NCBI GenBank assembly: GCA_964291265.2
Contig: OZ219746.1
Coordinates: forward strand, 1 to 64,000
DNA from: Alphaproteobacteria bacterium
GTDB lineage: Bacteria; Pseudomonadota; Alphaproteobacteria; SP197
Direction of reading: 5' to 3'
Length of the DNA stretch: 64,000 nt
The notes beneath the pieces are model-generated. The model was given only the letters and a program-made list of their open reading frames with translations. It was not told the DNA's origin and ran no database searches. Position numbers and translations under genes: made by a program. This document shows, piece after piece, positions 1-10,843 of the stretch; within the stretch, counting starts at the first letter, position 1, and each line of letters begins with the position of its first letter.

Positions 1-1626
1 GATCTCGCGGCCCAGGGCATGGCGGCGGCCGACGACGATCCGGCCAAGATCGGCTCGGATGAGGCGCAGACGGCGGTGATGAACCTCGTGTCCGTCCAGC
101 TTGCTACGAAGGCGAAGATGTACGCCGACGAGGCCAAGGCGGCGGCCGATGCGGCGAAGAAAGCCTACGACACGGCGAAGGCGGAATCCGCGAAGGCGGC
201 GGCGACGACGAGCGTGGTGGCGGCGACCGAGGCCAAGCGCGCCGCCGAGGCGGCCCGGAAGGAAGCCGAGGCGCAGGCCGCGATTGCCAATGCGAAGGCC
301 AAACAGGCGGTGGATGCGGCCAAGATGGGGATCAAGTACGCCGACGGAACCTACACGGTCGGCGCCACATCGATCATGTCGGGTGCTCCGAAGGCGGAAA
401 CCGGCACCGGCGAGCAGAAGGTAACAACCGGAACCCAAGAAATCGAAGAGGACGCGCACACCGCGCGGACGGCAATCACCTACCAAGCAGATCCCGAGAG
501 ACTGGCGCAGCCGGAGATCGAGGCGCGGAAACTGCCGGTCGGCGTCGACATCGACTCGAAAGACGACACGGCCCGTTTGCGGATCATCGACAAGTATGTC
601 GGCTCCAAGGATGTTTTCATCTATGTCCCGGCGGGTGAAGGAGGACCCGACCCCGAGGAGACGGACCACGATGTAAGCAACGACCTGCCGTACGGAGCGC
701 TCGATTTAACGGATGCAGTCACAACCACAAGCTACCCCAAGTTGAAAGTTCATCGGGCAGGCGGAGAGTTCTACAAGCTCATGCAAGAGGATTGGAATAA
801 TCTTAATGACGAAACGTCAGGTGTCATGGTCAGCAATAATAAGATTGAGATGGACACAAAGGACTCCAACGCCGATACCGAGGAGAACAAGAACAAGGAA
901 ATCTACTACGTCATTGCGCCTGTAGCGGGCAATTTCTTGGGGCTGACCAGAGCGAAAGGCGATCGTATCTATCTGAAACGTGATAGTGTCGGCGCCGAGA
1001 AGATCACGTATGGTGCGATATCCGTCCGCGGCGATGTGAAGTTTCCTGCCGAGATGGCCTACGAACACATGAACTACGGCACGTGGGTCACGCTGAAGGA
1101 AGTGAGCGGCGGCGACAATGAAGACCCTGATGGGCTGGGCATCCCGTTTGTCCGCACGCTGACCAGCATGACCACCGACATGCCGACCTCCGGACACGCC
1201 GTCTATGATGGCCATTGGGTTGGGCAGGTCCGCAGTGCGGACGCCGATGGCGAGGGCATGATCCGGTCCTACACCGGCGGTTCGGAAACGGCGGTGAACT
1301 TCGTGACGAACGGCATTCATGTGACACTTTCCACCAGCTCCAACGTCGACGACCCCGACACCCCCGCCGCCTTCGCTCGGCTTGAGGGTGCGATTGCCGG
1401 CAACGGGTTCGCGGGAACCAAGGCCACCGTGCTCCTCGCCACCAACGTGGGCAGTAAGAGCGGTGATGACCCCGTAACGTTGGAGACGACCGGGGAGTAC
1501 ACGGGCACGGTCAGCGGCAACTTCTACGGCCCCATGGCGGTGGAGGTCGGCGGCATCTTCGACTTCACTTCGGCGGACAAGAAGCAGGGCGAGTTCCGCG
1601 GCGCCTTCGGTGGCCGCAAGCAGTGA
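1..1626 (+). CDS. TbpB-like (transferrin-binding-protein-like) surface lipoprotein, allele A, 5' part outside window
   Basis: Matches 9030-10655. Ala/Lys-rich helical stalk, then a C-terminal barrel signature (A.YdGhW.G ... V.VNF ... GNFYGP.A.EVGG.F ... GAFGG.KQ) typical of TbpB-like SLAM substrates. Confidence 0.8.
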   Translation, partial: DLAAQGMAAADDDPAKIGSDEAQTAVMNLVSVQLATKAKMYADEAKAAADAAKKAYDTAKAESAKAAATTSVVAATEAKRAAEAARKEAEAQAAIANAKAKQAVDAAKMGIKYADGTYTVGATSIMSGAPKAETGTGEQKVTTGTQEIEEDAHTARTAITYQADPERLAQPEIEARKLPVGVDIDSKDDTARLRIIDKYVGSKDVFIYVPAGEGGPDPEETDHDVSNDLPYGALDLTDAVTTTSYPKLKVHRAGGEFYKLMQEDWNNLNDETSGVMVSNNKIEMDTKDSNADTEENKNKEIYYVIAPVAGNFLGLTRAKGDRIYLKRDSVGAEKITYGAISVRGDVKFPAEMAYEHMNYGTWVTLKEVSGGDNEDPDGLGIPFVRTLTSMTTDMPTSGHAVYDGHWVGQVRSADADGEGMIRSYTGGSETAVNFVTNGIHVTLSTSSNVDDPDTPAAFARLEGAIAGNGFAGTKATVLLATNVGSKSGDDPVTLETTGEYTGTVSGNFYGPMAVEVGGIFDFTSADKKQGEFRGAFGGRKQ

Positions 1627-1680
1627 CCCCGTGAGCGGCTGAGGTTCGCCGCCGCCGGGCTTGCCCCGGTCGTCAGCGAG

Positions 1681-1719
1681 GCGGCGCCCGATCCCGCGCG
1701 GATCGGGCGCCGCTCTTTT
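1681..1719 (+). terminator. Intrinsic terminator after lipoprotein A
   Basis: 14-bp stem GCGGCGCCCGATCC/GGATCGGGCGCCGC followed by TCTTTT. Confidence 0.65.
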
Positions 1720-1814
1720 GTGTGCCGAGCATGGCCGACAGCTTGGGTGTACGCGCCCTTCCGAGGCGGGGTCCGGGAGTTCGCAAGGAAGCGTGGAGGT
1801 ACCCGGGTCAGGTC

Positions 1815-2540
1815 GTAACTTCGGCTTGACATCCCGGTTCCCCCCCGTGACGGCCTTTCCCGACCGGGGACGAATGGAGAGCACTTCCGTCCGCCGCCGT
1901 GCTTCGGACCGCCGGCCGGGCGGCCAGCCCGGTCATCCGGGAACGACGCTGCGCCGTTCCGAGACGCCGGGTCGGATCGAGGATCTTCCTCCCGATTCCT
2001 GCGGTCGATGCGGAAGGTCCCGGGCCGGATTGCCTTCGGAGGTGCAGGCCACCCGGCCGCTCACGGACCTTCCGCCGATGGCGCTTGAGACCGTCGAACC
2101 CCGGATTCATCAAGCGGTGTGTGGCCCCTTGCGGAGAGGGGAACCCGAACCGCTTTCCGGAGGGCGGGACGGTTCCGGTCCCGTACGGCCCGGGGGCGAT
2201 CGTGCAGTACCTGGGGCAGCGCACCGGATTCCGCGTCGCCGGATCGTCGCGGTACTCGCAGACCGGTTCGGTGTGACCCGGCCCCAAGGGACGGTTTCCG
2301 CCCTTCTGGACCGGGGCGCCGACCGATTCTCCGGTGTCGCCGGGCAGGTCCGGGATGCTGCGGCCCCGGCCGCCGTCAAGCCCAAGGACGAGACCGGCGT
2401 CCGGGTTCACGGTCGGTGGAAATGGATCCCCGTCACCGGTACGAAGCGGATCCGCCCTTTCCGCCTCGGCGAAGGCCGCGGGGACGGGATCGCGGAAGCG
2501 ACCGGCCTTCGGTGCACGATGTCTGGAAACCGTACGGGAA
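1815..2540 (+). pseudogene. IS66-family transposase remnant
   Basis: Begins GTAACT (IS66-like end). Motifs GGQPGHPG, DETG.RV.G and HDVWKPY are spread over shifted frames. Confidence 0.65.
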
Positions 2541-2541
2541 G

Positions 2542-3438
2542 ATCCTCTTCGGCAGTCAGGTCACCCGGCTGATCGCGCGGCGCGTGCGCGAGCACGGCGT
2601 CTACTGCGAGATCGTCCCCTGGCACCGGGCGGCCGGGCGCCTCGATCCTCCACCCGTCGCCGTCATCCAGTCCGGCGGACCCGATTCGACGGTGTCCGAT
2701 GCGGCCCCGACGGTCGCGCCCGAGATCTTCCGGGCCGGCGTGCCGGTGCTCGGGAGCTGCTACGGACAGCAGGCCATGGTGCAGGCGCTCGGCGGCCGGG
2801 TGGACGCGGCCCGGGACCGGGAGTTCGGGCGCGCGGACCTTGAGGTCACGGCGCCTTCGGCGCTGTTCGGCGGCCTGTGGAAGCCGGGCGAACGTCATCC
2901 GGTATGGATGAGTCACGGAGACCGCGTGGATGCGGTGCCGCCGGGCTTCCGGGGGGGTGGCCCGGACCGCCGCGTCGCCGTTTGCGGCCATCGCCGACGA
3001 TCGCCGCCGGTACTGCGGGGTGCAGTTTCATCCGGAGGTCGTGCACACGCCGGACGGTTCCCGGCTGCCCCGCCGGTTTGTCCGGGAGGCGGCCGGCCTG
3101 GCGGGAACCTGAACGGCCGGCCGGATCCGGTCGGACGCGGTCGCGCGCATCCGGGCGCAGGTGGGCCGGGGGCGGGTGATCTGCGGGCTGTCGGGCGGCG
3201 TCGACAGCGCCGTGACGGCGCGGCTGGTGCACGAGGCCGTGGGCGACCGGCTGACCTGCGTGCTGGTCGACCACGGCCTGCTGCGTGCGGACGAGGCGTC
3301 CGAACGGCGGGCGTCTGCCGGTTTCCGTCGGAGTTGTCGGCGGCGGTGGCCGCGACGATCGTCAATCGGGTTCCGGGCCGCAACCGGGTGCTGTACGACG
3401 TGACGTCGAAGCCGCCCGGCACGATCGAGTGGGAGTGA
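2542..3438 (+). pseudogene. guaA: GMP synthase pseudogene (frameshifts, stop, large internal deletion)
   Basis: [41 protein letters not shown] and GLSGGVDS, then a jump to the C-terminal [17 protein letters not shown]. Confidence 0.9.
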
Positions 3439-3621
3439 GGGCGCGGGCGGCGGTCGGCCCGTCCTTGCCATCGTGCGGCGGGTGCGGTGGCGGGGGGCCG
3501 CTGCTGTCCTGTCCTGCGTTCCCCGGCGCTTGCGTGCGGGCTGGCCGGGGTCTTCTGCGGAGCGGGTCCGGGGGGTCTCGCGCCCGGCCGTCGGCCGGCA
3601 AAACGGGGTGGAGATCAGGGC

Positions 3622-3650
3622 TTGCAGCTTTCGTTTCGCAGGCCTATATT
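3622..3650 (+). promoter_or_regulatory. Putative sigma70 promoter of lipoprotein B
   Basis: TTGCAG-N17-TATATT, the same before all three complete lipoprotein genes. Confidence 0.55.
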
Positions 3651-3765
3651 GAGCGCCGAGCGTTCGTCGGGGCCGCCTGCGGATGGCCTGCGGATGCCTC
3701 ATGCGTGCAAAATCCTAAGGGCCCCTTCACGGGGTTTCTTCCGCAGTCGAAGGGGAGCCTCGACG

Positions 3766-5784
3766 ATGAAACAGACGGAGACACCGATGTACAAGAACGT
3801 GGCGATGGCCTGCAGCGTGGTCGTACTCGCTTTCGGGCTGGCGGCGTGCAGCAGCAGCAACAAGACGGCCGCCCCGGCTGATCCTCCGGCGGTGGCTCCG
3901 GAGCTCCAGGAGCAGCGGGATAAGGCCAAGGCTGCCGAGACGGCGGCCAAGGCCGCCTCGGACCTCGCGGCCCAGGGCATGGCGGCGGCCGGCGACGATC
4001 CGGCCAAGATCGGCTCGGAGGCGGCGCAGGCGGCGGTGATGAGCCTCGTGTCCGTCCAGCTTCCCGCGAAGGCGAAGATGTACGCCGACAAGGCCAAGGC
4101 GGCGGCCGATGCGGCGAAGAGAGCCTACGACACGGCGAAGGCGGCATCCGCGAAGGCGGCGGCGGCGACCAGTCTGGCGGCGGCGGCCGAGGCCAGGCTC
4201 GACGCCGAGGCGGCCCGGAAGGAAGCCGAGGCGCAGGCCGAGATCGCCAATGCCCAGGCCAAACTGGCGGTGGATGCGGCCAAGGGGATCGCGTACGCCG
4301 ACGGAACCTACACGGTCGGCGCCATGTCGATCACGCCCGGCACAGCGGGGACCACGAGAACCGTCGACGGCAAGTCGGTGACGGTCGGCCTTCTCGGGTC
4401 TGACGACGGCATCGCAAAGAAGACCGTGGCCCGCAAGGATCCCGTGAGCCCATCCACGGACAAGGTTGTGACCACCGACGTGACCCATATGGTGGCTGAC
4501 CTTAGGCCCCGCATCCATAACGCCGGCACCGAATACACGGGCCTCACATCCCGGGACACGCCGGCAGGGGGCGTCTTGGGATCGCCGCAGATCAATACGG
4601 GCCGCAAGATCCGGGTCAGCAACATGTACGATTCGGAGGACGACAAGTCCCGTCTCTGGCTCGTCACGCATTACATGGGCAAGGCATCCGTCGGATTCTT
4701 CTATCGCGAAGAGACCCAAGTCACGGCCACCGTAGACCAGGAACCGGATGCTCCCTACGGCAAGTGGGCGAAGGATGACACCGGTACCGACTATGCGGGC
4801 GGGCCGAAGGTGGTGGAGAAGGCGTCCGGCAACTTCTACCTTGCCACGTCAGGCTCGGTCGAACCCGTCGGGGGCCGGATCTGGAACGGGAGCGCCGGAA
4901 CGTTCGACATCTATACGGGCGACGACGAGGAAAAACTTGGAGAAGGCAAGGTCTTCTACATTCAAGACAACCGTAACGACGCGGATGGTGCCCGCAATGA
5001 CCGAAGGACATGGCTGGAACTGGTCGCGACCATCACCAAGCCGGACGGCACGAAGTCGTTCCAGTACAAGATGATCCAGGCTTGGACGGGAGACTATCGG
5101 GGAGACCCTGACAAGATATCCGTTTCCGACTTTCCGGAATCGATGGCCTACGATCATGTCAATTTCGGCCTGTGGTCGATGCTGAGCGATTCCGGCGAGA
5201 AGCCGAAGGAGCTGGGCATCGCATTCGCCATGGCCAAGCAGGGCGGCAGCATGACCGCCGCCGACGCCATGCCGGCGACCGGCACCGCCACCTACAACGG
5301 TTCCTGGGCGGCGCATGTTCGTGCGAGGGCCGTCGTCTCGGGCGCCGGCGGCGTCACCACCAACCCTTCTCCGATTACCGAGCAAAGCGGCAACTCGGTG
5401 GTGACGGCGGACTTTGCGAAGAATACCGTCAAGGTCAATCTGCACCAGCTTGCCATGCTTGAGGGCGCGATTTCCGGCAACATGTTCTCGGGAACCAAGG
5501 TCTCCGACGTCAAGGCCAACAAGGGGAACCTGGTCGCCACTGCCGATGGAGCCGGCTTCACGGGCGAGTTCAGCGGTAGCTTCTTCGGCTCTGAGGCCGA
5601 GGAGGTCGGCGGCGTGTTCGACTATACGTCGGAGAAGTTGGTGAAGGGCGAGTTCCGCGGTGCCTTCGGCGGCTCGAAGTTCGGCATGCCGATGGCCGAG
5701 ATGATCCCGTCAACGTCGGGTGCCGTCCCGGGTGCTTTGATGAAGGTCAATCGTCGGCTCGATATTCCGGACGTTCCCGAATAG
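3766..5784 (+). CDS. TbpB-like surface lipoprotein, allele B
   Basis: AGGGGAG RBS and ATG at 3766 (alternative ATG 7 codons downstream). Signal peptide with lipobox LAA-C, Ala-rich stalk, barrel motifs ATYNGSW, ADF, GSFFG..AEEVGG, GAFGG. Confidence 0.82.
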   Translation: MKQTETPMYKNVAMACSVVVLAFGLAACSSSNKTAAPADPPAVAPELQEQRDKAKAAETAAKAASDLAAQGMAAAGDDPAKIGSEAAQAAVMSLVSVQLPAKAKMYADKAKAAADAAKRAYDTAKAASAKAAAATSLAAAAEARLDAEAARKEAEAQAEIANAQAKLAVDAAKGIAYADGTYTVGAMSITPGTAGTTRTVDGKSVTVGLLGSDDGIAKKTVARKDPVSPSTDKVVTTDVTHMVADLRPRIHNAGTEYTGLTSRDTPAGGVLGSPQINTGRKIRVSNMYDSEDDKSRLWLVTHYMGKASVGFFYREETQVTATVDQEPDAPYGKWAKDDTGTDYAGGPKVVEKASGNFYLATSGSVEPVGGRIWNGSAGTFDIYTGDDEEKLGEGKVFYIQDNRNDADGARNDRRTWLELVATITKPDGTKSFQYKMIQAWTGDYRGDPDKISVSDFPESMAYDHVNFGLWSMLSDSGEKPKELGIAFAMAKQGGSMTAADAMPATGTATYNGSWAAHVRARAVVSGAGGVTTNPSPITEQSGNSVVTADFAKNTVKVNLHQLAMLEGAISGNMFSGTKVSDVKANKGNLVATADGAGFTGEFSGSFFGSEAEEVGGVFDYTSEKLVKGEFRGAFGGSKFGMPMAEMIPSTSGAVPGALMKVNRRLDIPDVPE

Positions 5785-5844
5785 GCGCCGCCGTCACGAC
5801 CCTGGCGGCCTTGTCTTTTCGGACGCTGGCCGGGCAATCCGTGC

Positions 5845-7182
5845 ATGCCTCGATCTACGGGTTTTGCGATTCCCCTTCTGCTCGCGCTGGTTCTGGCTGC
5901 GGCTCCCTTGTCCGCACAGGAGGATCCGGACCGGGAGCCGCCTGATGACGGGGTCTCTGCCGAGGTACTGATCGAGGCCGCGCGGACCGCGCTGGTGGCG
6001 GGCCAGCCCGAGGATGCGGCGGTTCTTCTCGAGGGTGTGCCGCCGGGCGAGGGGAATGCCGACGATCTGGATTTCCTGCACGGATCGATTGCGATGCAGC
6101 GCGGCGACTGGCCGGCCGCGATCGCGCGTTTCCGGGCGATGCTGGCGCGCAACCCCGACCTGCCCCGGGTGCGGCTCGACCTGGCGCTGGCGTATTTCCA
6201 GGCTGGGGAGGACCGCAACGCAGCGCGTCATTTCCGTCTGGCGCTCGGGGCGGGCAATCTGCCCGAGGAGGTTCGCGCCAATGCCCTCGCCTTCCTCGAC
6301 CGGATCCGGCGGCGCAAGGGCTGGTCGGTCACCGGCTCGCTGGCCCTCGCGCCCGACACCAACATCAACACCGCCACCGATGCACGCCAGATCCCGCTGT
6401 CCGGCGTGCCCGCCACGCTGTCGGACGATGCACGCCGGACCAGCGATGTCGGGGTGGCGGCGAACCTGTACGGAAGCCACGAGGAGCGGCTCTCGCCCGA
6501 CCTGCGGTTCCGGGTGGGCGGCGGGCTTCGGACCCGGACCTACCGGAAGAGCGAATTCAGCGACCGCATCCTCAGCCTGCGCGCCGGGCCGCGCTTTCTG
6601 TTCGGCGCGTTCGACCTGCGCGCCGAGGGTACCGTCCGGCAGCGCTGGGTTGCCGGCGATACCTACAGCCGGGCCCAGGGCCTCGAACTGACGGGCAGCT
6701 GGCTGGCCGGGCCGACGTGGCGGCTGGGCGCGACGCTCAGGCACGAGTGGGTCGACTATGAGGGATTTCTCGGCACGGGGACCGCGGATGCGGCCGGGAT
6801 CGATCTGGTTCATGCTCTGGGCCAGGCGACGCTGCTGCAGGCGGATGCCGGCTGGAGCCGCGAGGCGCTGGATCAGGAGGGCTATTCGTGGCGCGCGTTC
6901 ACGGTCGGACTGTCGGTGTCGCGCGAGCTCCCCCGCGGCTTCGTGGCGAGCGGGGGAGCGACCCACGTGTGGCGCAGGTACGGGGCCCCGCTCCTGTGGC
7001 TCGGTCCGGACGCGCGGCGGGACCGGACGCTGGCGGCGTGGGTCCGACTGTCCAACCGGTATGTCGAACTGTTCGGCTTCATGCCGGAAATCACCGTGCG
7101 CCACGAGCGGCGGAAGAGCAACCTCGTGCTCTACGACTACACCCGCGTCGTCGGCGAATTCGGCGTCGTCGGAACCTTCTGA
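5845..7182 (+). CDS. SLAM-family surface lipoprotein assembly modulator (TPR + DUF560 beta-barrel; type XI secretion translocon)
   Basis: Signal peptide, TPR (AAIARFRAMLARNPDLPRVRLDLALAYF), APDTNIN at barrel start, amphipathic strands, terminal Phe. Directly downstream of a TbpB-like gene. Confidence 0.85.
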   Translation: MPRSTGFAIPLLLALVLAAAPLSAQEDPDREPPDDGVSAEVLIEAARTALVAGQPEDAAVLLEGVPPGEGNADDLDFLHGSIAMQRGDWPAAIARFRAMLARNPDLPRVRLDLALAYFQAGEDRNAARHFRLALGAGNLPEEVRANALAFLDRIRRRKGWSVTGSLALAPDTNINTATDARQIPLSGVPATLSDDARRTSDVGVAANLYGSHEERLSPDLRFRVGGGLRTRTYRKSEFSDRILSLRAGPRFLFGAFDLRAEGTVRQRWVAGDTYSRAQGLELTGSWLAGPTWRLGATLRHEWVDYEGFLGTGTADAAGIDLVHALGQATLLQADAGWSREALDQEGYSWRAFTVGLSVSRELPRGFVASGGATHVWRRYGAPLLWLGPDARRDRTLAAWVRLSNRYVELFGFMPEITVRHERRKSNLVLYDYTRVVGEFGVVGTF

Positions 7183-7425
7183 CGGCAGGGAGCCGCATCG
7201 CACCGGCTCTGGTTTGTCCAATCCGGGTGATGCTTCCGGGCCGAGTGTGCGTGCGTTGTGCGGCAGTCGGTGGAACGGACGGGTCCCGCGTGAACCGCAG
7301 AATCCCCTTTCGAGGGTCCCGCAGCCGCCGGGCGAGGTTCCAGCCCCTGCGTTTCCGGCGTCTTCCGCGTGGCTTTCCGGCCCTGGATTCCGGCGGGGGT
7401 CGCGCTTCATGCCAGGCGAGGGCGT

Positions 7426-7656
7426 CGGTCCAGAAGGGCGGAAACCGTCCCTTGGGGCCGGGTCACACCGAACCGGTCTGCGAGTACCGCGACGATCCGG
7501 CGACGCGGAATCCGGTGCGCTGCCCCAGGTACTGCGCGATCGCCCCCGGGCCGTACGGGACCGGGCCGTCCCGCTCTCCGGAAAGCGGCCCGGGTTCCCC
7601 TCTCCGCAGGGGCGACACACCGCCTGGGGAATCCGGGGTTCGACGGTCTCGAGCGC
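7426..7656 (-). repeat. Inverted copy of an internal IS66 remnant segment (reverse complement of ~2081-2312 and ~11110-11341)
   Basis: Direct sequence comparison, e.g. CCGAACCGGTCTGCGAGTACCGCGACGATCCGG. Confidence 0.85.
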
Positions 7657-8133
7657 AAGCGGCGGAGACCCCCAGGCCGCCGAGGCCATCGGGGCGCGAC
7701 GAGGGGATCCTGCAGCGCCCTCGGGATGCCAGGTCGCCATCATCGACCGTGCCAAGCGCGCTTGTCCGCGCCGCTGCCGACCGGCTCCACGGTGACTTCT
7801 CCGAGGTCCTCCAGGGCCCCTGCAAGGGGCTTGTCGGGATCGTCCTGCTCAAGGATGCCGGGGCTGAGGGCATTGAGGCCTGGGTGCGGGAAGGACGATG
7901 TCGAGCGACGAAACAAGACCGGGCAAGGCCGTGCGTGCCGAGGCCAGGTACGGGTCGCCCTTCGCGTTGCGCCACTCCTTGCGCCAGGGACGAGCGCGGG
8001 CTGTTCTCGGCCGTCGATGCTGCCTTCCGTCCATCCCCCGTCGTCGCAGACCGACGTCGAAAGCCGATCCTCATGGGCCACCATGTACGGCCGGGTTGGC
8101 GAGGAGTCCGATGAGACGGGTGTGTCCGGTTGA

Positions 8134-8501
8134 AAGGCGCGGGGCTGGCGGTCCGGATCCCCGGCGCGGTCACCCGCGCCAGGGTTGCGCTGCTGCGCGA
8201 GGCCGACCGGACCGGGCTGGACGCCATCCGCCGGGCGGGCCTGTACGACGACATCTGGCAGGCGTTTGCGGTCCTGCTGCCGGTCCGGAGTGTCGGGGTG
8301 ATGGGAGACCGCCGCTCGTACGACTACGCTCTCGGGCGGCGTGCGGTGACGTCGGTCGACGGCATGACGGCGGGCGTCTGCCGGTTTCCGTCGGAGTTGT
8401 CGGCGGCGGTGGCCGCGACGATCGTCAATCGGGTTCCGGGCCGCAACCGGGTGCTGTACGACGTGACGTCGAAGCCGCCCGGCACGATCGAGTGGGAGTG
8501 A
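8134..8501 (+). pseudogene. guaA: GMP synthase 3' fragment
   Basis: GLAVRIPG...[22 protein letters not shown]...VTSVDGMTA...KPPGTIEWE; no 5' portion. Confidence 0.9.
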
Positions 8502-8684
8502 GGGCGCGGCGGCGGTCGGCCCGTCCTTGCCATCGTGCGGCGGGTGCGGTGGCGGGGGGCCGCTGCTGTCCTGTCCTGCGTTCCCCGGCGCTTGCGTGCG
8601 GGCTGGCCGGGGTCTTCTGCGGAGCGGGTCCGGGGGTGCCTCGCGCCCGGCCGTCGGCCGGCAAAACGGGGTGGAGATCAGGGC

Positions 8685-8713
8685 TTGCAGCTTTCGTTTC
8701 GCAGGCCTATATT
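8685..8713 (+). promoter_or_regulatory. Putative sigma70 promoter of lipoprotein A
   Basis: TTGCAG-N17-TATATT. Confidence 0.55.
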
Positions 8714-8828
8714 GAGCGCCGAGCGTTCGTCGGGGCCGCCTGCGGATGGCCTGCGGATGCCTCATGCGTGCAAAATCCTAAGGGCCCCTTCACGGGGTTT
8801 CTTCCGCAGTCGAAGGGGAGCCTCGACG

Positions 8829-10655
8829 ATGAAACAGACGGAGACACCGATGTACAAGAACGTGGCGACGGCCTGCAGCGTGGTCGTGCTCGCTTTCGGG
8901 CTGGCGGCGTGCAGCAGCAGCAGCAACAAGACGGCCGCCCCGGCTGATCCTCCTCCGAAGGTGGATGCGGAGCTCCAGCAGCAGCGGGATGCGGCCAAGG
9001 CGGCCGAGGATGCGGCCAAGGCCGCCTCGGATCTCGCGGCCCAGGGCATGGCGGCGGCCGACGACGATCCGGCCAAGATCGGCTCGGATGAGGCGCAGAC
9101 GGCGGTGATGAACCTCGTGTCCGTCCAGCTTGCTACGAAGGCGAAGATGTACGCCGACGAGGCCAAGGCGGCGGCCGATGCGGCGAAGAAAGCCTACGAC
9201 ACGGCGAAGGCGGAATCCGCGAAGGCGGCGGCGACGACGAGCGTGGTGGCGGCGACCGAGGCCAAGCGCGCCGCCGAGGCGGCCCGGAAGGAAGCCGAGG
9301 CGCAGGCCGCGATTGCCAATGCGAAGGCCAAACAGGCGGTGGATGCGGCCAAGATGGGGATCAAGTACGCCGACGGAACCTACACGGTCGGCGCCACATC
9401 GATCATGTCGGGTGCTCCGAAGGCGGAAACCGGCACCGGCGAGCAGAAGGTAACAACCGGAACCCAAGAAATCGAAGAGGACGCGCACACCGCGCGGACG
9501 GCAATCACCTACCAAGCAGATCCCGAGAGACTGGCGCAGCCGGAGATCGAGGCGCGGAAACTGCCGGTCGGCGTCGACATCGACTCGAAAGACGACACGG
9601 CCCGTTTGCGGATCATCGACAAGTATGTCGGCTCCAAGGATGTTTTCATCTATGTCCCGGCGGGTGAAGGAGGACCCGACCCCGAGGAGACGGACCACGA
9701 TGTAAGCAACGACCTGCCGTACGGAGCGCTCGATTTAACGGATGCAGTCACAACCACAAGCTACCCCAAGTTGAAAGTTCATCGGGCAGGCGGAGAGTTC
9801 TACAAGCTCATGCAAGAGGATTGGAATAATCTTAATGACGAAACGTCAGGTGTCATGGTCAGCAATAATAAGATTGAGATGGACACAAAGGACTCCAACG
9901 CCGATACCGAGGAGAACAAGAACAAGGAAATCTACTACGTCATTGCGCCTGTAGCGGGCAATTTCTTGGGGCTGACCAGAGCGAAAGGCGATCGTATCTA
10001 TCTGAAACGTGATAGTGTCGGCGCCGAGAAGATCACGTATGGTGCGATATCCGTCCGCGGCGATGTGAAGTTTCCTGCCGAGATGGCCTACGAACACATG
10101 AACTACGGCACGTGGGTCACGCTGAAGGAAGTGAGCGGCGGCGACAATGAAGACCCTGATGGGCTGGGCATCCCGTTTGTCCGCACGCTGACCAGCATGA
10201 CCACCGACATGCCGACCTCCGGACACGCCGTCTATGATGGCCATTGGGTTGGGCAGGTCCGCAGTGCGGACGCCGATGGCGAGGGCATGATCCGGTCCTA
10301 CACCGGCGGTTCGGAAACGGCGGTGAACTTCGTGACGAACGGCATTCATGTGACACTTTCCACCAGCTCCAACGTCGACGACCCCGACACCCCCGCCGCC
10401 TTCGCTCGGCTTGAGGGTGCGATTGCCGGCAACGGGTTCGCGGGAACCAAGGCCACCGTGCTCCTCGCCACCAACGTGGGCAGTAAGAGCGGTGATGACC
10501 CCGTAACGTTGGAGACGACCGGGGAGTACACGGGCACGGTCAGCGGCAACTTCTACGGCCCCATGGCGGTGGAGGTCGGCGGCATCTTCGACTTCACTTC
10601 GGCGGACAAGAAGCAGGGCGAGTTCCGCGGCGCCTTCGGTGGCCGCAAGCAGTGA
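8829..10655 (+). CDS. TbpB-like surface lipoprotein, allele A (complete copy)
   Basis: Lipobox LAA-CSSSS, Ala-rich stalk and C-terminal TbpB-like barrel ending GAFGGRKQ. Confidence 0.82.
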   Translation: MKQTETPMYKNVATACSVVVLAFGLAACSSSSNKTAAPADPPPKVDAELQQQRDAAKAAEDAAKAASDLAAQGMAAADDDPAKIGSDEAQTAVMNLVSVQLATKAKMYADEAKAAADAAKKAYDTAKAESAKAAATTSVVAATEAKRAAEAARKEAEAQAAIANAKAKQAVDAAKMGIKYADGTYTVGATSIMSGAPKAETGTGEQKVTTGTQEIEEDAHTARTAITYQADPERLAQPEIEARKLPVGVDIDSKDDTARLRIIDKYVGSKDVFIYVPAGEGGPDPEETDHDVSNDLPYGALDLTDAVTTTSYPKLKVHRAGGEFYKLMQEDWNNLNDETSGVMVSNNKIEMDTKDSNADTEENKNKEIYYVIAPVAGNFLGLTRAKGDRIYLKRDSVGAEKITYGAISVRGDVKFPAEMAYEHMNYGTWVTLKEVSGGDNEDPDGLGIPFVRTLTSMTTDMPTSGHAVYDGHWVGQVRSADADGEGMIRSYTGGSETAVNFVTNGIHVTLSTSSNVDDPDTPAAFARLEGAIAGNGFAGTKATVLLATNVGSKSGDDPVTLETTGEYTGTVSGNFYGPMAVEVGGIFDFTSADKKQGEFRGAFGGRKQ

Positions 10656-10709
10656 CCCCGTGAGCGGCTGAGGTTCGCCGCCGCCGGGCTTGCCCCGGTC
10701 GTCAGCGAG

Positions 10710-10748
10710 GCGGCGCCCGATCCCGCGCGGATCGGGCGCCGCTCTTTT
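10710..10748 (+). terminator. Intrinsic terminator (copy of 1681-1719)
   Basis: Same stem-loop and T-run. Confidence 0.65.
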
Positions 10749-10843
10749 GTGTGCCGAGCATGGCCGACAGCTTGGGTGTACGCGCCCTTCCGAGGCGGGG
10801 TCCGGGAGTTCGCAAGGAAGCGTGGAGGTACCCGGGTCAGGTC

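Noticed and set aside
5794-7755. Long antisense or alternative-frame ORFs (also 17727-19616, 19629-21140, 30592-32277, 49075-50685, 52568-54211, and the 5' part of 22073-23872)
   Set aside because: Shadow ORFs of real genes in high-GC DNA; Arg/Pro/Gly-rich with no recognisable motifs.
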